DNA from: Thermoanaerobaculia bacterium
GTDB taxonomy: Bacteria; Acidobacteriota; Thermoanaerobaculia; Multivoradales; JAHEKO01
NCBI GenBank assembly: GCA_046756565.1
Contig: JBHHWO010000002.1
Coordinates: 1,141-65,140 of the forward strand
Direction of reading: 5' to 3'
DNA length: 64,000 nt
Shown: positions 12,523 to 21,474 of the stretch, piece by piece
Numbering within the stretch: the first letter of the stretch is position 1
Layout of the letters: every line of letters begins with the position of its first letter
The notes under the pieces: model-generated
Databases searched by the model: none
What the model was told of the DNA's origin: nothing
What the model saw: only the letters and a program-made list of their open reading frames with translations
Program-made: the position numbers and the translations under genes

Positions 12523-13124
12523 GTCAACTGACCCTGGAGCGAGAACGGATTGACACCGCGGCCGGCACTTCCCTGAGCATCGATGCCATGGCCGAGCTCG
12601 ATGCGATGGGGCTCGGCCCGTCACACGGTCTCGAGTCGGCGAACAGGGCGGGAATTGATCCGGTGGCGGAGCGCCGGCTCTATCCCAAGAGGGCGATTAC
12701 CTCGCTCGAGGTTCTGAACGAGGCCTACGACTACGCTCTGCCCTCTTCGTTCAGTCGCGGCATGCGCGTGGAGTTGGGTGAGGCTGCGATCCTCTATCTG
12801 TCGGGTACGGCCAGCATCGACGAAGACGGCCGGACGCTCTATAGCGGCGACTTCGAGGCCCAGTGTCTTCGGACGTTTCGCAACCTGACATCGCTATTGG
12901 CCTCCGAGTCCGCGAGCTGGCACGATGTCGTGCGCACGACCTGCTATCTCAGGGATATCGAGCGCGACTACGACACCTTCAATCGAGTGCGCACCCTGTT
13001 CATGACGGCGCTCGGGCTGGATCCTGTGCCGGCGAGCACCGGAATCCAAGCGCGGCTGTGCCGGTCGGATCTGCTGGTCGAGATCGAGGCCATCGCCATC
13101 GTGCCGCGCGACGCAGGCGACTGA
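12519..13124 (+). CDS. RidA/YjgF/L-PSP-fold protein (possibly chorismatase-like)
   Basis: ATGA overlap upstream. LYLSGTASIDEDG...FEAQCLRTFRNLTSLL...VVRTTCYLRDI...PASTGIQARLCRSDLLVEIEAIAIV matches the RidA-family core. An extra ~80-aa N-terminal extension is present. Confidence 0.7.
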   Translation: MSQLTLERERIDTAAGTSLSIDAMAELDAMGLGPSHGLESANRAGIDPVAERRLYPKRAITSLEVLNEAYDYALPSSFSRGMRVELGEAAILYLSGTASIDEDGRTLYSGDFEAQCLRTFRNLTSLLASESASWHDVVRTTCYLRDIERDYDTFNRVRTLFMTALGLDPVPASTGIQARLCRSDLLVEIEAIAIVPRDAGD

Positions 13125-14431
13125 TGAGCGGACGGTCGTATCTGCTCCTGGTTCTGGCGCTGCTGATGGCCTGGCCGCCGGTGCTGGCGGCGGCCGGCGA
13201 GAATGTCTCACCAGAGCCGGCGGCGGACCGGTCGACGCCGGAGAAAGACGCGCCCGGCCGGGCCGGATACGGGAAAACGCCCGAGCGACTGAAGCCGTAC
13301 AGCAGGAGCGCCGAGCCCTACCGCAGCTTCTATCTCGAGCCACTGCGTTTCTTCGGCCCGGGAAGGGACGTTGCGGAACCGGTGGGGTCGGAATCCGTTC
13401 GCATCGGTCTGATCGCCCCGCTCGAAGAGGGAATCGATGCCGGCTTGGGACGCAACCTTCGCGATGGAGTCGCGCTGGCGGTTTCGGAGGCCAACGCCTC
13501 CGGTGGCTATCGTGGCCTCCCCTTCGAGGTCATCGAGCGCAACGATCAGGCGATCTGGGGCAGCTCCAGCAATACTCTCGTCGACCTCGCGTACCTGGAG
13601 CGAGTCTGGGCGGTGATCGGCTCGGTCGATTCCAACAGCACTCACGTGGCCCTGCGTGCGGCGCTCAAGGCCGAAGTCATGATCGTGAATGTCGGCAGCA
13701 CCGATCCGACCGTGACCGAGACCGGAATCCCCTGGCTGGTGCGCTGTACACCGGACGACCGCCAGACCGGGTATCTGCTGGCTTTGCATCTCTTCGAGGA
13801 TCTCGGCTTCTCACGGGTGGCCGTCCTCCGTTCCACGGATCGCTATGGCCGTTTCGGCGTCGCCGAGTTCCGGGACGCGGCGCGACGCCTCGGTCGGCCG
13901 TTGCCGCTGGAGATTCTTTTCGAGTCGGTCCAGCGCGATTTCGCTGCCGAGCTCGAGCGCATCGAGGCGGCGGACATCGACGCCGTCGTCCTTTGGACGA
14001 AGGCGGAGCCGGCGGCTCTGATCGTCCGTCAGATGCGCGCTCGGGGGATGCGCCAGCTGGTCGCGGGCCCTGATCGCTTGGCGTCGCCGGGCTTTCTCGA
14101 GCTGGCGGGAGAGTCGGCGGAAGGCGTGATCGCGACCCGCTGGATCGATCCGGAGCGGCAAGACGCCGCGTGGATCGATTTCGAGCGGCGCTTCTCGGAG
14201 CGCTTCACCCGCCCGCCCGACGCCTTTTCGGCGTATGGCTACGACGCCGCCAACTTGGTGATCGATGCGGTCCGCGCGGCCGGTCTCAACAGGCTCCGTA
14301 TTCGCGATCGACTGATGGGCATCAGGTCCGTGACCGGCGTGGCCGGCACGATCGTCTTCGACGAGACCTCGAATAACATCGTCCAGCCGTACCTGGTCAG
14401 TGTCAAAGGAGGCCGGTTTGCGCCTCTCTAA
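13124..14431 (+). CDS. LivK-like (Peripla_BP_6) periplasmic substrate-binding protein, orphan (no permease/ATPase nearby)
   Basis: The track ORF starts at 12863, but an internal ATG at 13124 overlaps the upstream stop and gives signal peptide MSGRSYLLLVLALLMAWPPVLAAAG. Body VRIGLIAPLEEG...AVSEANASGGYRGLPFEVIERND...WAVIGSVDS is typical of the branched-chain amino-acid/amide binding family. Confidence 0.8.
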   Translation: MSGRSYLLLVLALLMAWPPVLAAAGENVSPEPAADRSTPEKDAPGRAGYGKTPERLKPYSRSAEPYRSFYLEPLRFFGPGRDVAEPVGSESVRIGLIAPLEEGIDAGLGRNLRDGVALAVSEANASGGYRGLPFEVIERNDQAIWGSSSNTLVDLAYLERVWAVIGSVDSNSTHVALRAALKAEVMIVNVGSTDPTVTETGIPWLVRCTPDDRQTGYLLALHLFEDLGFSRVAVLRSTDRYGRFGVAEFRDAARRLGRPLPLEILFESVQRDFAAELERIEAADIDAVVLWTKAEPAALIVRQMRARGMRQLVAGPDRLASPGFLELAGESAEGVIATRWIDPERQDAAWIDFERRFSERFTRPPDAFSAYGYDAANLVIDAVRAAGLNRLRIRDRLMGIRSVTGVAGTIVFDETSNNIVQPYLVSVKGGRFAPL

Positions 14432-15440
14432 ACGGCGGATAGCGGGAGTACTGGTGACCGGAAGCCTGGTCTGGGCTCCGGTGGCTCGTGGGGCGTCGAG
14501 TGCTCTGCGGATCGGACTGTTGAGCCAGTCCAGCGGCTCGGGAGCCGAAGTTCTCGTCGGCGCGGAGCGCGCGATCGCCGAGGCCAACGAGGCCGGGGGC
14601 GTCGGGGGGCGCCCGGTCGAGTTAGTGGTCCTACCGCGGTCACGCCCTTGGCTCGGAGTCGCCGGACCAACGGCCCGCTTGGTCGCCGAGCAGACACCGG
14701 CGGCTTTGATCGGGCCTCTTGACGGCTCGGCTGCGCATGTGGGCGCCCAGATCGCGACCAGGACGCAAACACCCTTGCTCACGCTTGCCTCCGAAAAGAG
14801 CCTGACCGAGGCCTTCAGCCCATGGGTGTTTCAGGGCGTGCCGAATGACGCCCGGCAGGCGCGCAGGCTCCTGCTCGATGCGCTCTCCGAGCCTCGTGGA
14901 AAGCAAGCCGCGATCGTGGTGCCCGCTGGACGGACCGGCACGGAGCGGCGGGCCGCACTCGAAACCGTCTGCCGAGATCTCGGTCTGCGATACGAGACCC
15001 TGACCGGCCGTGACTCCGTGCTTCGTTCATCGACCGACGTCCTGCTTCTGTGGCTCGAGCCCGATGACGCATCCAACTGGGTGGCCCGGCAGGCCAGGGA
15101 ACGGCTGCCGGATCGGATCCTGGTGCCGCACTGGCTGGCCGACGAGGTCTTTCTAGAAGCCCTACCGCCCTGGGTCACCGGATTGTCGGGGCCGCAGCTG
15201 CGACCGGCCGCTGGCGCCAGCACGACCAGCGCGCTGGCCTACGACCTAACGAGTCTGGCGATAGCCGCCCTGCGACGAGCCGGCCCCGACCGGCTGCGAG
15301 TCCCTGAGTTTCTGGCCAACGCCGAGCCATACTCGGGGCTCTCTGGCACCTTCTCTTTCGATCGGCGGGGCGCCCGGGTTGGCACCTACCCGGTGGTTGC
15401 CGTGGAACGGGCGAACACTGCCAGGAGAACACACAGATGA
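14418..15440 (+). CDS. Second LivK-like periplasmic substrate-binding protein, orphan
   Basis: TTG at 14418 lies 5 nt after AAGGAGG (the track gives GTG 14400). Signal peptide. LRIGLLSQSSG...AIAEANEAGGVGGRPVELVVLPR...ALIGPLDGSAAH. Confidence 0.7.
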   Translation: MRLSKRRIAGVLVTGSLVWAPVARGASSALRIGLLSQSSGSGAEVLVGAERAIAEANEAGGVGGRPVELVVLPRSRPWLGVAGPTARLVAEQTPAALIGPLDGSAAHVGAQIATRTQTPLLTLASEKSLTEAFSPWVFQGVPNDARQARRLLLDALSEPRGKQAAIVVPAGRTGTERRAALETVCRDLGLRYETLTGRDSVLRSSTDVLLLWLEPDDASNWVARQARERLPDRILVPHWLADEVFLEALPPWVTGLSGPQLRPAAGASTTSALAYDLTSLAIAALRRAGPDRLRVPEFLANAEPYSGLSGTFSFDRRGARVGTYPVVAVERANTARRTHR

Positions 15441-16300
15441 GCGCTTTCGCCGACAGCCTACCGGAGCTCAGCGTTCTGAGACGCTGCTGGCCCGACTACA
15501 GAGAAACCTCCAAGACTCATCGGTTCATGGTGCACGGCGTCGAGCTCGGACGACCGCGGCCGGTGATCATCGCGGGCCCGTGCGCCGTCGAGAGCTTCGA
15601 GCAGACCCTGGCCACGGGTCAAGCCGTTAGACAAGCGGGTGGAGAGTTGCTGCGCGGCGGAGTCTTCAAGCCGCGCTCGAGTCCCCATTCGTTCCAAGGG
15701 CTGGGCGCCGAAGGGCTCGAGATCCTGGCGGAGGTCCGGCGCCAGACCGGCCTGGGGGTCGTGACCGAGGTCATGGATCCGGGGCTGGTCGAACTGGCAA
15801 GCGAGTTCGCCGACATGATCCAGATCGGTTCGCGATCGATGCAGAGCTTCCCGCTTCTTCGAGAGGTTGGGAAGACGCGAACTCCGGTCCTGCTGAAGCG
15901 CGGCTGGAGCGCCACACTCGAGGAGTGGCTCTGCGCCGCCGAGTACATCGCCTCGGAGGGTAACCGGAACATTGCCCTGTGCGAACGCGGCATCCGGACA
16001 TCGTGCCAGTCCCCCTACGCCCGCAATCTGCTCGATCTGAATGTCATCGAGCCGACACGGGAAGCAACTCCGCTGCCTCTGATCGTCGATCCTTCGCACT
16101 CGACGGGTCGATGGCAATGGGTCGAAGCGATGAGCCGTGGGGCCCTGGCCGTGGGCGCCCATGGTCTGCTGGTCGAGGCACTCGGCCCAGGAATCGATCG
16201 CGAGGGACTGCGCTGCGACGCGGAGCAGGGTGTACCCCCAGAGGTGCTCGCGCGGATCGTCAAGGCCGCGGCCACGTTCGGGGAACCGATGCTCGCGTAG
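15437..16300 (+). CDS. aroF: 3-deoxy-7-phosphoheptulonate (DAHP) synthase, type I-beta
   Basis: PVIIAGPCAVES, LRGGVFKPRSSPHSFQGLG, QIGSRSMQSF, PVLLKRG, CERGIRT, IVDPSHSTG. The metal-ligand Cys/His/Glu/Asp positions appear retained. ATGA overlap upstream. Confidence 0.85.
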   Translation: MSAFADSLPELSVLRRCWPDYRETSKTHRFMVHGVELGRPRPVIIAGPCAVESFEQTLATGQAVRQAGGELLRGGVFKPRSSPHSFQGLGAEGLEILAEVRRQTGLGVVTEVMDPGLVELASEFADMIQIGSRSMQSFPLLREVGKTRTPVLLKRGWSATLEEWLCAAEYIASEGNRNIALCERGIRTSCQSPYARNLLDLNVIEPTREATPLPLIVDPSHSTGRWQWVEAMSRGALAVGAHGLLVEALGPGIDREGLRCDAEQGVPPEVLARIVKAAATFGEPMLA

Positions 16301-16328
16301 GACAAGACGGAGACACCATGTCCTCCGC

Positions 16329-18011
16329 CTAGTCTTCGACAACCGTCAAGACCACGTTGGCGGGCACCTCGAGTACGACCGTCTGTTTGCCGTCCGGCCA
16401 GACGAGCTCGAGGCGATCGATGCGCTCCGCCGCACCGAGGCCGAAATGGAGACGTTGATCGTCGACCGACACATAGGAACCGCCGATCACGCGGTGGCGA
16501 AAGAAGGTCCGCCCGCCGGCTCTGGCCTCTACGCGGATGGCGCGCGGCGCATCGACCAGGAGCCAGTTTCCTATGGGTGTCGACTCGTTCCGCAGAAGCG
16601 AGGGCGGTGCGTCTGTGTTCCAGACCGCCAGATCGACGTCGCCATCCTGGTCGATGTCTCCGGCGGCGACACCACGGCTCGATTCCCGGACGGCGAGACC
16701 CGGTCCAGCTCGCGGGCTCGCGTCGACGAACGAGCCACCGATGTTCTCGAGCAGCAGGTTGGCCTGGCGGAAACTGGCGCCGGCCGTTGCCGCTGCCCGG
16801 TCGGCCTGCGGGTAGATATGGCCGTTGGCCACGAAAAGATCGAGGTCACCATCGTGGTCGAAGTCGATCAGCTCCGGTCCCCACGACAGGAAGTCGTAGG
16901 TTGGCTGCGCGATCCCGAGTTCCACTGATGCGTCCTCGAACAGAAAGTCCCCCAGATTGCGATAGAAGGTCGACTGATCCTTGGCGAAATTGGTGACTAG
17001 CAGATCGACCCGGCCATCGTTGTCGAGGTCGCCGGTCGCCAGCCCCATTCCTGCCTGGGCGTTGCCCTGGGAATCGAGCGCCGCTCCGCTCCAAAGTCCG
17101 ACCTCCTCGAAGTGGCCGGCGTCGTTGCGATAGACGTAGTTTGGGTTCGAGTCGTTGGCGGCATAGAGATCCAGATCCAGGTCGCCGTCGAGATCGAGTG
17201 CCGCGATCGCGAACGTGTAGAAGAAGCCGGCGTCCTCCAGACTCGCCCCGGCCGTGGCCTCTGTGAAAGCGACCGGGTCTCGTCTGGAGCCACCCTGCTC
17301 TCCCACGTTCTCGAAGTACCGGTTCGCCAACCCCTCGAGACCGAACGGGCCGAGCATGACCTTCATTCCCTCCCACTCGAGCTTGGGCACGGCCTCGAGG
17401 ACATCGTCGAGCGTGCAATCGACGTAGCCGCCGACGAAGAGATCGGCGTCGGCGTCTCCGTCGGCGTCAAAGAGTACTGCCGCCGCCGACCAGCCGTCGA
17501 TGCCCGGCGCGTCGTCGACCGCCTCGAATCTGCCGTCACCACGATTGCGGTAGAGAACGTCGATGCCGAAGTTGCTGACGAACAGGTCTGCCCAGCCGTC
17601 GCTGTTTACGTCTCCGACTGCGACCCCGGTGCTCCAGCCGATGTCTCCGACACCGGCCCGCGCGGTCACGTCCTCGAAAACGCCGTCGCCACGATTGCGG
17701 TAGAGGCGATTTGGCCCACGCTCGGCGACCGCGGCGGGACTCGAGCCAGCCAGGCGCCAGCCGTTGCCCACGTAGAGGTCAAGGTCACCGTCGGCATCGT
17801 AGTCAAAGAGCGCGAGCCCGCCGCCGCCGGACTCGAGAAGGTGCGGTTTTCCAATCCCCCCGCACCAGGTCGGTGCTTCGAGGCCGGACTCGGCGCTTGT
17901 GTCAGCGAAGCGCAGGCGCGACGTCTCCTGGCCACCTGAGGCCGCGCTCACGAGGGCTCCGGTTGTCAGCGCGACCAAGGCCAGTAGAAGCCGGCGCGGC
18001 CGTTCGATCAA
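16329..18011 (-). CDS. CRTAC1-family protein (FG-GAP/VCBS + ASPIC/UnbV), paralogue of 6205-7950
   Basis: Signal peptide LLLALVALTTGALVSAAS. Repeated DYDADGDLDLYV/GDVNSDGWADLFV loops. C-terminal RAIRVEARAGGRTFFRHRVIGGSYVSVDDQRLHFGLG. Confidence 0.85.
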   Translation of the reverse strand: MIERPRRLLLALVALTTGALVSAASGGQETSRLRFADTSAESGLEAPTWCGGIGKPHLLESGGGGLALFDYDADGDLDLYVGNGWRLAGSSPAAVAERGPNRLYRNRGDGVFEDVTARAGVGDIGWSTGVAVGDVNSDGWADLFVSNFGIDVLYRNRGDGRFEAVDDAPGIDGWSAAAVLFDADGDADADLFVGGYVDCTLDDVLEAVPKLEWEGMKVMLGPFGLEGLANRYFENVGEQGGSRRDPVAFTEATAGASLEDAGFFYTFAIAALDLDGDLDLDLYAANDSNPNYVYRNDAGHFEEVGLWSGAALDSQGNAQAGMGLATGDLDNDGRVDLLVTNFAKDQSTFYRNLGDFLFEDASVELGIAQPTYDFLSWGPELIDFDHDGDLDLFVANGHIYPQADRAAATAGASFRQANLLLENIGGSFVDASPRAGPGLAVRESSRGVAAGDIDQDGDVDLAVWNTDAPPSLLRNESTPIGNWLLVDAPRAIRVEARAGGRTFFRHRVIGGSYVSVDDQRLHFGLGAAERIDRLELVWPDGKQTVVLEVPANVVLTVVED

Positions 18012-18490
18012 TCCTCGGCCAAGAGCTTCTCAACGGCCGTGTCGAACTCTTCCCAGGCCGCCCGCCGGCCATCTTCGGTGGTCGCTTGACGCATCGACGC
18101 CGAAGCCCCGAGCAACTTCTTCTTGGCCTTGCGGGTCACCACCACGAAGCCGAGTTCGTATTTGCCGGTTTCGCCTTCGTCGGCGTTGTGGTGGTGGCCG
18201 CCCTCGATCAAGCGCTTGCGAATTCCAGCCATCGCGTTGTCGCCTTCGGTGGCGAAGAGCGCCATCTCTGCGGCGCAGCGCTCGAACTCACCTCGGGCCA
18301 TCGAACGCTTGGCGCCACGATAATGGTCGTCGAGAATCGCTCGGACGAACTGGTCCTCGGCTTGGCGTACCGCGAGAATAGAGTCGGCAAGGGCGTCGTA
18401 GGCGCCAACCAAGCTGGTCGGACTCTTCTGGGCGGCGAGCGGCAGTGCAAGCAGTGTCATGCACAGCCCCATCAGGATCTTCTTTGGCAT
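18008..18490 (-). CDS. Small secreted all-helical protein, unknown function
   Basis: Internal ATG at 18490 preceded by AAGGAGA. Signal peptide MPKKILMGLCMTLLALPLAAQ. The stop overlaps the CRTAC1 start (TTGA). HHHN patch. No recognisable family. Confidence 0.5.
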   Translation of the reverse strand: MPKKILMGLCMTLLALPLAAQKSPTSLVGAYDALADSILAVRQAEDQFVRAILDDHYRGAKRSMARGEFERCAAEMALFATEGDNAMAGIRKRLIEGGHHHNADEGETGKYELGFVVVTRKAKKKLLGASASMRQATTEDGRRAAWEEFDTAVEKLLAED

Positions 18491-18674
18491 GTCGGTCTCC
18501 TTTCCGTCTGGGTCTAGCCTGCAAACTAGACCAGGTGCACGACTTTGGCTCCACCCGAAAGGGTGGTCGCAGACTGCTTTGGGCAGCCGGGCCGTCGCGC
18601 ACGGTGGCTGCGGCCGAGCGATTGGCAGCGGTCGACGAGACTTGAAGACAGCGTAGTCACCCGGGCTGAGAGCC

Positions 18675-19067
18675 TCACCCGAGTCCGGCAAGACCTTCGG
18701 CGGCCTCGTGCATTTCTTCCAGCTCGTAGCTGTAAAGCAGAGAGCGAATGGTCAGTCGCGGCGCGAGAGCAACTCCTTCGGCAAACGGCCAAATGTCGAT
18801 CGTTTCCCAAGGGCAGTGGCGCGCACACAACTTGCAGCCGATACAGCGATCCAGATCGACCTCCACTAGTTTCAGGAGGTCGGAAAACTGCGGGCCCGGG
18901 ACAACCTCGATGCAGTCTACCGGACAAAACGCGATACAGACCTCGCAACCACTGCATCCGGTCTGATCCACCACCGCGATCTCGTTGGGGGCCCGAGGCC
19001 GCGGTGGTTTGTCGACCTCGACCCTTTTCTCGTGTGTCTGATGGTCGGTCATGCCGCTGTTCCCCAT
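18675..19067 (-). CDS. 2x[4Fe-4S] ferredoxin-type protein
   Basis: CSGCEVCIAFCP and CIGCKLCARHCP motifs. No signal peptide. Confidence 0.8.
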   Translation of the reverse strand: MGNSGMTDHQTHEKRVEVDKPPRPRAPNEIAVVDQTGCSGCEVCIAFCPVDCIEVVPGPQFSDLLKLVEVDLDRCIGCKLCARHCPWETIDIWPFAEGVALAPRLTIRSLLYSYELEEMHEAAEGLAGLG

Positions 19068-19076
19068 GCCGCCAGG

Positions 19077-21470
19077 CTACGGGATCGTCGGCGAGTCGTC
19101 CCCTGCGGCTGCGGGCCGGTAGGGAAAGCCCTCCATGTCGGCGCCGTGACAGCTCAGATAGCAGCGACGCTGGCGGGTCGACGTGTTGATCCACCATTCA
19201 GGGAGCGCGCGGCCGCCGAAGGGAGTGATGTCCGGCGAGAAGTTGACCAGATGGGTCTTGAAGCCGGCCGGTGGTGAGGTGAAGATCGTGCCGTTGACGT
19301 TGTACTGGGTGTTGTCCGCGGTGCGGTTCGAGTGGACGTTGAAGTGGCAGTTTTTGCACGTCGCCCGCGTGTCGTCGATGCGGTCGACCAGATGGACCTC
19401 GTGGAGGTTGTCGCGGCCATCGATCGTGTCGTAGAAGTTGGTCGACGCCGGTGGGTTGTCGTCGTCCCGACGGGCTTCGACGAGGCGTGCCGGATCATGG
19501 CAGAGGAAGCAGAGCTCGAAGTTGCTCCGGTTCCAGCTCGCTGGGCCTTGTAGATCGGTCCAGTACTCGGCGCGCCGGATGGCGGCGTTCGTCGAACCGT
19601 GAGGACCCTTGGGGGAGGCCGGCGAGTTCGACGCCGGACCGAAAGCGTCGGCAGTGGCCTCGTTGTTGTGACAGTCGGTACAGTCGATGGTGGAGGTCGT
19701 CGACAGCCCGCCCAGTAGCGCGTTGTTCAGGTTGGCCGACTGGTTCTGTCCCTGACCGGCAACAGGATGGAAGGCGCTGTTCGAAGTCTGGAAGTCGAGC
19801 CTCTTGTTGCTGGTTCCCGGCCGCGAGCTGTTGAACGTGTCTCCGTGACACTTGAAGCACAACTCGTACTGGACGAGATCTCGTTCGTTACCCGTGCCGG
19901 GCCCCACGGGATTGCCGGCCAGGTCGATTCCAGTGGCGCCGGCGAGCTTGTTGTCGGGTCGCGCCTTGTGGGGATTGTGGCAGTCGACACACTCGACCGA
20001 GCGTCCGGCGGTCTGCTCGGGGTCCGAGATCGGATGGTGGAAGATATCGGCACCGTTGGTGCCCTTCTGGAACTCGCCACGTATGTCGGTGCCGGCGGGC
20101 GAGCCATCGTGGCAGGTGAAGCACAGGTCCTCTGCATCGGCCGGGTCGCTGCCGTCGGCTGCAATGTCGTAGCGCTCGACCCAGAGCCTGGGGTAGTCCT
20201 GAGCCGGGGTCGCGTCGTCGGGCCAGCCGTGCGGCCAGTGGCAGTTCACGCAGCTACCGCGCTTCTCCGCCGTATGCGCAGGGAAGCTGGAGCCGTACTC
20301 GCCGCCGGGCCACAGCACACCGGTCGCAGCGTCGAAGTGCGAGCCGGCGACACGGTCGGCCAGCGTGTGGCACTCGAAGCAGACTTCGGTGATCGCCGCG
20401 CGCAGAATATAGCCGTCGTCGGTGCCCGAGGTGGCGGGATTGCCGCCCGGGAAGAAATGAGGCGCGTGACAGGTCATACAGCGGACGTTGGCCCCGGCGT
20501 CGAGCGGCAGCTGCAGCGGTGTCTGAAAGGTCGGATCGGCCGGAATGGGTACTCCAACCGGATGCGATCCCTGATCCGACGAGGTCACGTCGCGGACCTC
20601 GTGGCAGGTCGTACACATCTGATTGGTATCGTTTTGGACCCGCTGGTAGTGGCGACCGACACCGGTTCCGGTCCAGCCGGATCCGGCGCCGGTAAAGGGT
20701 GGAGCATTGGGATCGAAGGGCTGCTTGTCCTGCCAGTGCTGGTTGTGGCAGACGGTACACACCACCTTCTCGGCGCTGCGCTGGAAGCGGTTGGCCATGT
20801 CCGCCTCGAAGGCGATGCCGGGGTCCGGTGCCCGGAGGTCGGTGCGCACCCACAGCGTCCAGGTGTCCCCGGGGAGAAAGCTCGGCGACGCCGGCGCGTC
20901 GATGAAATCGAGGGTCAGGCCCGCGTCGAGCGGCACCGCCGCCCCCGAGGTGCCGGAGCCACTGCCGCCTTCCGAATCGGTCCAACTGAATGTCGCGATA
21001 CCCGCGTCACCGCCACCGGGAGGACCGGTGACGGTGATCGTGTAGGTGCGCTCGATGCGGCCGGTGAAAGCTCCGGCCGAGCGAATGAGGCCCGCAGAGA
21101 GGTTGGTGCCGGCGGCCTCGACGTGTCCCGAAGGACCGGAGTCCCACCGATGGGAGGTGCCGCTGAGCCCCGGGAAGGCCTGATCCGTGTCGCTCAGCGG
21201 CCGGTTGGCGGCCTGGCCGGTCACGTTGTGGCACGACTGGCACAGCAGGGGGACCGTCTGCGCCTTGATGATCGAGATGCCGTCGGCGTGGTGCGGCGTG
21301 TGGCAGGCCAGGCATGGCGCGTCGGGGAGCAGCACGTCGGAGTGCGGCGGATCGACGAACTGGGCCAAGGTCTCCGGGGCCGCAGCGGCGAAGAGGATGA
21401 TCGCCAGGACGACGGGCCGAGCACGTCCATTCAGGTTCGCTGTTCTCTTCATCGGTCGCGGTTCGTTCAT
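19077..21470 (-). CDS. Large multihaem cytochrome c (13 CxxCH + 1 CxxxCH)
   Basis: Signal peptide VVLAIILFAAAAPETLAQ. Counted by eye: CLACH, CQSCH, CTVCH, CTTCH, CMTCH, CFECH, CVNCH, CFTCH, CVDCH, CFKCH, CTDCH, CFLCH, CKNCH, plus CYLSCH. Confidence 0.9.
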   Translation of the reverse strand: MNEPRPMKRTANLNGRARPVVLAIILFAAAAPETLAQFVDPPHSDVLLPDAPCLACHTPHHADGISIIKAQTVPLLCQSCHNVTGQAANRPLSDTDQAFPGLSGTSHRWDSGPSGHVEAAGTNLSAGLIRSAGAFTGRIERTYTITVTGPPGGGDAGIATFSWTDSEGGSGSGTSGAAVPLDAGLTLDFIDAPASPSFLPGDTWTLWVRTDLRAPDPGIAFEADMANRFQRSAEKVVCTVCHNQHWQDKQPFDPNAPPFTGAGSGWTGTGVGRHYQRVQNDTNQMCTTCHEVRDVTSSDQGSHPVGVPIPADPTFQTPLQLPLDAGANVRCMTCHAPHFFPGGNPATSGTDDGYILRAAITEVCFECHTLADRVAGSHFDAATGVLWPGGEYGSSFPAHTAEKRGSCVNCHWPHGWPDDATPAQDYPRLWVERYDIAADGSDPADAEDLCFTCHDGSPAGTDIRGEFQKGTNGADIFHHPISDPEQTAGRSVECVDCHNPHKARPDNKLAGATGIDLAGNPVGPGTGNERDLVQYELCFKCHGDTFNSSRPGTSNKRLDFQTSNSAFHPVAGQGQNQSANLNNALLGGLSTTSTIDCTDCHNNEATADAFGPASNSPASPKGPHGSTNAAIRRAEYWTDLQGPASWNRSNFELCFLCHDPARLVEARRDDDNPPASTNFYDTIDGRDNLHEVHLVDRIDDTRATCKNCHFNVHSNRTADNTQYNVNGTIFTSPPAGFKTHLVNFSPDITPFGGRALPEWWINTSTRQRRCYLSCHGADMEGFPYRPAAAGDDSPTIP

Positions 21471-21474
21471 CGGA

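Noticed and set aside
12863-13123. 87-codon extension of the first binding-protein ORF
   Set aside because: It overlaps the RidA-like gene in another frame. The ATG at 13124 yields a proper signal peptide and stop/start coupling.
19305-19325. TGGCAG-TTTTT-GCAC sigma-54-like string
   Set aside because: Wrong spacing (8 nt between GG and GC), located inside a gene and antisense to it.
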